Below are positions 7,744 to 11,745 of a stretch of DNA of 11,745 nucleotides, piece by piece; the first letter of the stretch is position 1, and every line of letters begins with the position of its first letter. This stretch comes from a virus (taxonomy: Duplodnaviria; Heunggongvirae; Uroviricota; Caudoviricetes), in the IMG/VR virus record IMGVR_UViG_2778261203_000004; one strand, written 5' to 3'. Made by a program: the position numbers and the translations under genes. The notes beneath the pieces are model-generated. The model was not told the origin of the DNA and ran no database searches. It saw only the letters and a list, made by a program, of their open reading frames with translations.

Positions 7744-8163
7744 TTAAGAGGCTTTTTGTTTTTTCTTTCGTGCTAACTCTTCGTAAATTGCATTGTACTT
7801 CTGTTTTTTCTCCTCAAGAGTTTTTAAAAGTTCATCTGTCTCACTGTCAGGGAGCTCGTCCAGAAGGTCAATGATGATTTTTTGTCTTGGATTTAACTCC
7901 TGATAGAAACGTATCTGTCCACTTTCTTCTGTATCCTCTCCCAAAAGATAGGTTGGTGTTGTTCCAATGAGTGTTGCTAATTCCCTTAATTTCTCTCGGC
8001 GAGGAATTGTTTCACCATTAAACCATTTGCTAACCGCTTTTGGTGTTAATTTCATTCGACGGGCAATTTCTGCCTGCCTTCCATGTTGTTCATAACCAGC
8101 GTTTTCACAGGCTAGCGCAAGCCTACTGGCGAACTCTTTACGCGCTTTATCTTCATGAACCAT
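7744..8163 (-). CDS. racR: RacR, CI-like prophage repressor with helix-turn-helix (139 aa in this sequence)
   Basis: Helix-turn-helix segment RQAEIARRMKLTPKAVSKWFNGETIP. No ATG, GTG or TTG lies in frame between 8163 and the upstream stop at 8218-8220, so the ATG at 8163 is the only start. No obvious Shine-Dalgarno, so it may be translated from a leaderless or short-leader mRNA. Confidence 0.85.
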   Translation of the reverse strand: MVHEDKARKEFASRLALACENAGYEQHGRQAEIARRMKLTPKAVSKWFNGETIPRREKLRELATLIGTTPTYLLGEDTEESGQIRFYQELNPRQKIIIDLLDELPDSETDELLKTLEEKKQKYNAIYEELARKKKQKAS

Positions 8164-8242
8164 AAGTTCAATGATATTCGCTCTTGAATGTACTGTCAGT
8201 TCTGTTATAGCATGTACTCAAAGTTCACATTGTGAGGGTGAT
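8164..8242. promoter_or_regulatory. Divergent racR / ydaS promoter-operator region (79 bp)
   Basis: ATGTACT at 8188-8194 and 8212-8218; AAGTTCA at 8164-8170 and 8221-8227; inverted repeat TTCAA-N12-TTGAA at 8166-8187. A candidate rightward promoter is TTGAAT (8184-8189), 16 bp spacer, TATAGC (8206-8211); the heptamers overlap its -35 and start region. GAGGGTGAT ribosome-binding site precedes the ydaS ATG at 8243. Confidence 0.5.
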
Positions 8243-8497
8243 ATGAACCAGAAAACACTTGAAGATGTAATCAAAACTGTTCGCGTTTCTGTTGTGGCCG
8301 ACGTTTGTGGTGTCAGCCAAAGAGCAATCTACAAATGGATGGATAACGGAAAATTGCCTCGCACAGAATATACCGGCGAAACAAATTACGCTGAAAAAAT
8401 CGCTCATGCATCAAACGGATTATTTTCTGCCGATGCAATTTTAACTATTGGCAGAAATAAAACTACTACGAAAAAGCTGATGGGAGTTGATTCATGA
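8243..8497 (+). CDS. ydaS: YdaS, Cro-like helix-turn-helix protein (84 aa from ATG 8243; track ORF starts at 8171)
   Basis: Helix-turn-helix VADVCGVSQRAIYKWMDNGKLP. ATG 8243 has a GAGGG Shine-Dalgarno; the ATG at 8171 would leave only 7 bp between divergent genes and has no ribosome-binding site. The stop overlaps the ydaT start as ATGA. Confidence 0.7.
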   Translation: MNQKTLEDVIKTVRVSVVADVCGVSQRAIYKWMDNGKLPRTEYTGETNYAEKIAHASNGLFSADAILTIGRNKTTTKKLMGVDS

Positions 8498-8916
8498 AAA
8501 TCAAGCATGAGCACATCGAATCAGTGTTGTTAGCCCTGGCAGCCGAAAAAGGGCAGGCGTGGGTCGCTAACGCAATTACTGAAGAATATCTGCGCCAGGG
8601 GGGCGGCGAATTGCCCCTGGTACCAGGCAAGGACTGGAACAATCAGCAGAATATCTATCATCGTTGGTTGAAAGGTGAAACGAATGCGCAAAGGGAAAAA
8701 ATTCAGAAACTGATCCCTGCGGTTCTGGCAATTCTTCCTCGCGAGCTGCGTCACCGACTCTGCATCTTCGATACCCTGGAACGCCGTGCATTACTGGCGG
8801 CACAGGATGCACTGAGTACGGCAATTGATGCGCATGATGATGCAGTCCAGGCCGTTTACCGTAAAGCACATTTCAGCGGCGGCGGTTCTCCTAGCGATTC
8901 TGTCGTAGTGCATTGA
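8494..8916 (+). CDS. ydaT: YdaT, CII-like / toxic prophage protein (140 aa)
   Basis: 140 aa ORF, GGGAG Shine-Dalgarno at 8480-8484, start overlapping the ydaS stop. Sequence MKIKHEHIESVLLALAAEKGQAWVANAITEEYL recognised from memory. Confidence 0.8.
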   Translation: MKIKHEHIESVLLALAAEKGQAWVANAITEEYLRQGGGELPLVPGKDWNNQQNIYHRWLKGETNAQREKIQKLIPAVLAILPRELRHRLCIFDTLERRALLAAQDALSTAIDAHDDAVQAVYRKAHFSGGGSPSDSVVVH

Positions 8917-8928
8917 TTGAAATTAATC

Positions 8929-8952
8929 GTACCGAACTGTTTTGTTCGGTAT
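8929..8952 (+). other. Stem-loop immediately downstream of ydaT (8 bp stem, 6 nt loop)
   Basis: TACCGAAC tgtttt GTTCGGTA. No clear U-tract follows, so it is not a convincing intrinsic terminator; it may be a processing or attenuation structure ahead of ydaU. Confidence 0.3.
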
Positions 8953-8960
8953 CAGTTAAA

Positions 8961-8981
8961 TGTAACGCTGCGAGCGTTACA
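8961..8981. repeat. Palindrome TGTAACGCT-gcg-AGCGTTACA, copy 1 (intergenic, 13 bp upstream of the ydaU ATG)
   Basis: Perfect 9 bp inverted arms with a 3 bp centre; it overlaps the ydaU ribosome-binding-site region. Confidence 0.7.
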
Positions 8982-8993
8982 AGGTGAAAACAA

Positions 8994-9782
8994 ATGGCTT
9001 CAAACTGGATAAAGCTCGAAGTTATTACGCCGGATAAGCCGGAAATATTCAGGCTTGCTGAGATTCTGAATATTGATCCAGATGCCGCATTAGGGAAAGT
9101 CATTCGCTTCTGGGCATGGGCGGATCAACAAATGATAGACGGTAACGCAGAGTGTAACGCTCGCGGCGTTACAAAAAGTGCAATAGATCGCATCACTTTT
9201 ATGGCTGGTTTTGCTGATGCGTTAATTCAGGTTGGATGGCTGGTCGAAACTAATGGTGTGTTGTCGCTTCCTAACTTTGAGCGCCATAACGGGAAAAGCT
9301 CTAAAAAACGGGCGGTTACAAACGAGAGAGTAACAAAAATACGAGAACTGAAACGAAAAGGTAACGCTGCCAGCGTTACAAAAACGGATCAAAAAGCGTT
9401 ACCAGAGGAAGAGAAAGAGGAAGATATAAATACTTATCTCCCCCTAAATCCCCCTCGCCAAAAACGAGCGTCTAAAAAATTCGAACCGGAGGCTATCGAG
9501 CTGCCTGACTGGTTGCCGGAAACACTCTGGCATGAGTGGGTTCAGTTCAGGCAGGCATTGCGAAAACCGATTCGAACGGAGCAGGGCGCTAACGGGGCGA
9601 TACGGGAGCTGGAAAAATTCCGCCAGCAGGGTTTTTCACCTGAGCAGGTGATTCGACACAGCATCGCCAACGAATACCAGGGCTTGTTCGCGCCGAAAGG
9701 TGTTCGACCTGAGACGTTACTCCGACAGGTTAACACCGTCTCGTTACCGGATAGTGCGATCCCGCCAGGCTTCAGGGGGTAA
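8994..9782 (+). CDS. ydaU: YdaU, putative replication-initiator (lambda O-like role) protein (262 aa)
   Basis: ATG 8994 preceded by AAGGTGA; an in-frame stop at 8985-8987 excludes a longer N-terminus. Position directly upstream of the DnaC-like loader, and the internal palindromes, support an initiator role. Confidence 0.8.
   Translation: MASNWIKLEVITPDKPEIFRLAEILNIDPDAALGKVIRFWAWADQQMIDGNAECNARGVTKSAIDRITFMAGFADALIQVGWLVETNGVLSLPNFERHNGKSSKKRAVTNERVTKIRELKRKGNAASVTKTDQKALPEEEKEEDINTYLPLNPPRQKRASKKFEPEAIELPDWLPETLWHEWVQFRQALRKPIRTEQGANGAIRELEKFRQQGFSPEQVIRHSIANEYQGLFAPKGVRPETLLRQVNTVSLPDSAIPPGFRG
9153..9173. repeat. Palindrome TGTAACGC-tcgcg-GCGTTACA, copy 2 (inside ydaU)
   Basis: 8 bp inverted arms; an extra half-site GTAACGC lies at 9142-9148. 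Encodes the peptide ECNARGVTK. Confidence 0.7.
9361..9380. repeat. Palindrome GTAACGCTG-c-CAGCGTTAC(A), copy 3 (inside ydaU)
   Basis: Perfect 9 bp arms. Further half-sites at 9313-9320 (CGGTTACA), 9330-9335 (GTAACA) and 9386-9392 (GCGTTAC). Encodes KGNAASVTK. Followed by an A-rich, purine-rich tract at 9400-9480. Confidence 0.7.
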
Positions 9783-9788
9783 CTGACC

Positions 9789-10535
9789 ATGAAAAATATT
9801 GCGACAGGCGACGTTCTTGAACGTATCCGCAGACTGGCCCCGTCACATGTAACCGCGCCATTCAAGACGGTAGCGGAGTGGCGCGAGTGGCAACTTTCCG
9901 AAGGCCAGAAACGTTGTGAGGAGATCAACCGTCAGAATCGTCAGTTGCGGGTGGAAAAAATTCTGAATCGCTCTGGCATCCAGCCATTGCACCGCAAATG
10001 CTCGTTTTCGAATTACCAGGTGCAGAACGAAGGGCAGCGATACGCGTTGAGTCAGGCGAAATCCATCGCTGATGAACTGATGACCGGGTGTACAAATTTT
10101 GCGTTCAGCGGAAAACCTGGTACCGGGAAGAACCACTTAGCGGCAGCTATCGGGAATCGCCTGCTGAAAGACGGTCAGACAGTGATTGTGGTTACCGTGG
10201 CTGATGTTATGAGTGCCCTGCACGCCAGCTATGACGATGGGCAGTCAGGCGAAAAATTTTTGCGGGAACTGTGCGAAGTGGATCTGCTGGTTCTTGATGA
10301 AATTGGCATTCAGCGCGAGACGAAAAACGAGCAGGTGGTACTGCACCAGATTGTTGATCGCCGGACAGCGTCGATGCGCAGCGTGGGGATGCTGACAAAC
10401 CTGAACTATGAGGCCATGAAAACATTGCTCGGCGAGCGGATTATGGATCGCATGACCATGAACGGCGGGCGATGGGTGAATTTTAACTGGGAGAGCTGGC
10501 GTCCGAATGTCGTCCAGCCAGGAATTGCGAAGTAA
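9789..10535 (+). CDS. ydaV: YdaV, DnaC/IstB-like AAA+ helicase-loader ATPase (248 aa)
   Basis: Walker [16 protein letters not shown] and Walker B LLVLDEIG motifs; GGGGG Shine-Dalgarno 6-10 nt upstream of the ATG. Confidence 0.85.
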
Positions 10536-10557
10536 TTTTTACCGGGAGAAAAATTTA

Positions 10558-11319
10558 ATGGAGACTGTTTTTGACGCACTGAAAGCAATGGGAAAAGCCA
10601 CATCCATAGAACTTGCTGCGCGACTTGATATCAGTCGTGAAGAAGTGCTGAACGAACTATGGGAACTGAAAAAGGCTGGTTTTGTTGATAAAAGCGCGTA
10701 CACCTGGCGTGTGGCTGATAACAATGTTCAGCAGGAACAGCCAGCGCAGGCAGAACTGCCGGAAGAAATCACCACAGCAACAGTAGCGAAAATCTCAGAG
10801 TGCGATTTAACCGCGACGATTGAACAACGAGGACCACAAACGGCTGATGAGCTGGCTACATTGTTTGGTACCACATCACGCAAAGTGGCTTCAACGCTGG
10901 CAATGGCAATCAGCAAAGGTCGTCTGATTCGCGTAAATCAGGGCGGTAAATTTCGTTACTGCATACCGGGCGATAATTTACCAGCAGAGCCGAAAGCAGC
11001 ATCGGTAGCGGAAACTGATGGTAAGGCCTTTCCTCAGACCGCAGGTGTTGCGTTACCAGTACAGGAGGCTGCAACACAGGAAGATATTAAAACAGAAACT
11101 GTGGCGGACATTGTGCAGTCGCTGCCATCGTTTACTGAAACGCGAGCGGATGACCTGGTTTTACCATCACTGCATATGGCAAACCGCGAACTGCGTCGGG
11201 CGAAAAATCATGTCCAGAAGTGGGAGCGTGTCTGCGCCGCGCTGCGTGAGTTGAACAAGCACAGGGATATTGTACGACAGATTACTGATTCTTCCCGCCA
11301 TGTTGCATCGGAAAAGTGA
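10558..11319 (+). CDS. ydaW: Hypothetical prophage protein at the ydaW position (253 aa from ATG 10558; track ORF 270 aa from 10507)
   Basis: ATG 10558 is preceded by GGGAGA at about 9 nt, whereas ATG 10507 would overlap ydaV by 29 nt. The symbol is assigned by position after ydaV; from memory the K-12 copy is truncated while this ORF is full length, so the assignment is tentative. Confidence 0.55.
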
Positions 11320-11334
11320 TTGCCGGAGGCACCT

Positions 11335-11745
11335 ATGGCAAAAGTATTTACACCAGAAGAGCGAGAAAAAATTAAAGGACAGGTTGTTGAACTTGTACCT
11401 CTGAGCGGTCGCGAGACGTTACGGGCTCTGGAGGCTAAAACCGGTGCATCAAGGTATTACATAAGCACTCTCGCCAGAGAACTAGTCGCCAGTGGTGATG
11501 TTTACAATTCAGGCTACGGATTATTCCCGTCTGAGCAGGCGCGTAAAGACTGGCAAAACGCCCGCAAAAAACTATCAAGGACAAAGGTGAAGAAACCGGT
11601 TGTGGTTGATCCTGACCTTATTGGTAAGCCCGAAGAACTGGATACTTCGGCACGTAATGCCGGGGCTCTAACCCGCCGCCGCGAAATTCGTGATGCTGCA
11701 ACTCTGCTACGTCTGGGGCTGGCTTACGGCCCCGGGGGGATGTCA
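11335..11745 (+). CDS. Hypothetical protein, 3' partial (runs off the window end; at least 137 aa)
   Basis: ATG 11335 preceded by GGAGG (11324-11328); open to the window end (MAKVFTPEEREKIKGQVVELVPLSGRETLRALEAKTGASRYYISTLAREL...). Absent from the ORF track because no stop is reached. I do not recognise it. Confidence 0.5.
   Translation, partial: MAKVFTPEEREKIKGQVVELVPLSGRETLRALEAKTGASRYYISTLARELVASGDVYNSGYGLFPSEQARKDWQNARKKLSRTKVKKPVVVDPDLIGKPEELDTSARNAGALTRRREIRDAATLLRLGLAYGPGGMS

Noticed and set aside
8225-9103. Minus-strand ORFs 8225..8407, 8530..8754, 8576..8869, 8891..9103
   Set aside because: Antisense to ydaS, ydaT and ydaU, which have ribosome-binding sites, helix-turn-helix motifs and operon logic; these are shadow ORFs.
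9542-11254. ORFs 9542..9928 (-), 9843..10136 (-), 10207..10425 (-), 10213..10395 (+), 10406..10603 (-), 10539..10724 (-), 10728..10916 (-), 11018..11254 (+)
   Set aside because: Antisense or out of frame relative to ydaU, ydaV (Walker motifs) and the ydaW-position ORF; no ribosome-binding sites; compositionally atypical.
1-11745. CRISPR arrays, tRNA/rRNA genes, IS elements and the prophage attachment site
   Set aside because: No regularly spaced direct repeats, no tRNA-like or rRNA sequences, and no transposase-like ORF with terminal inverted repeats were seen. The window begins at the int stop codon, so the integration junction lies outside it.

Overview
This window reads as the integrase-proximal early region of a Rac-type defective lambdoid prophage of Escherichia coli. 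Gene calls rest on reading the ORF-track translations, checking start codons and Shine-Dalgarno spacing in the sequence, and recognising the proteins from memory; no database search was run. Minus-strand leftward block: intR, xisR(ydaQ), ydaC, ralR, recT, recE, racC, ydaE, kilR. Then sieB (+), convergent small genes ydaF and ydaG (-), the repressor racR (-), and a divergent rightward operon ydaS-ydaT-ydaU-ydaV-ydaW (+), followed by a further ORF that runs off the window end. I found no rRNA, tRNA, CRISPR array or IS element. Most of the content is already described (RecET recombination, RalR toxin, KilR, SieB, RacR/YdaS/YdaT switch, DnaC-like YdaV), so I do not claim a new multi-gene system. 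Structure not explained by the gene calls: (1) 19-21 bp palindromes TGTAACGCT-N-AGCGTTACA, one just upstream of ydaU and two inside it, plus half-sites and an A-rich tract, resembling a lambda-type origin embedded in the initiator gene; (2) a shared ATGTACT / AAGTACTT motif at the racR-ydaS divergent control region and again about 500 bp away, candidate operators; (3) a roughly 440 bp ORF-poor gap between kilR and sieB; (4) a perfect 10 bp hairpin between racC and recE; (5) a Cys4 motif inside the acidic N-terminal part of RecE; (6) a full-length ydaW-position ORF and an unrecognised downstream ORF.
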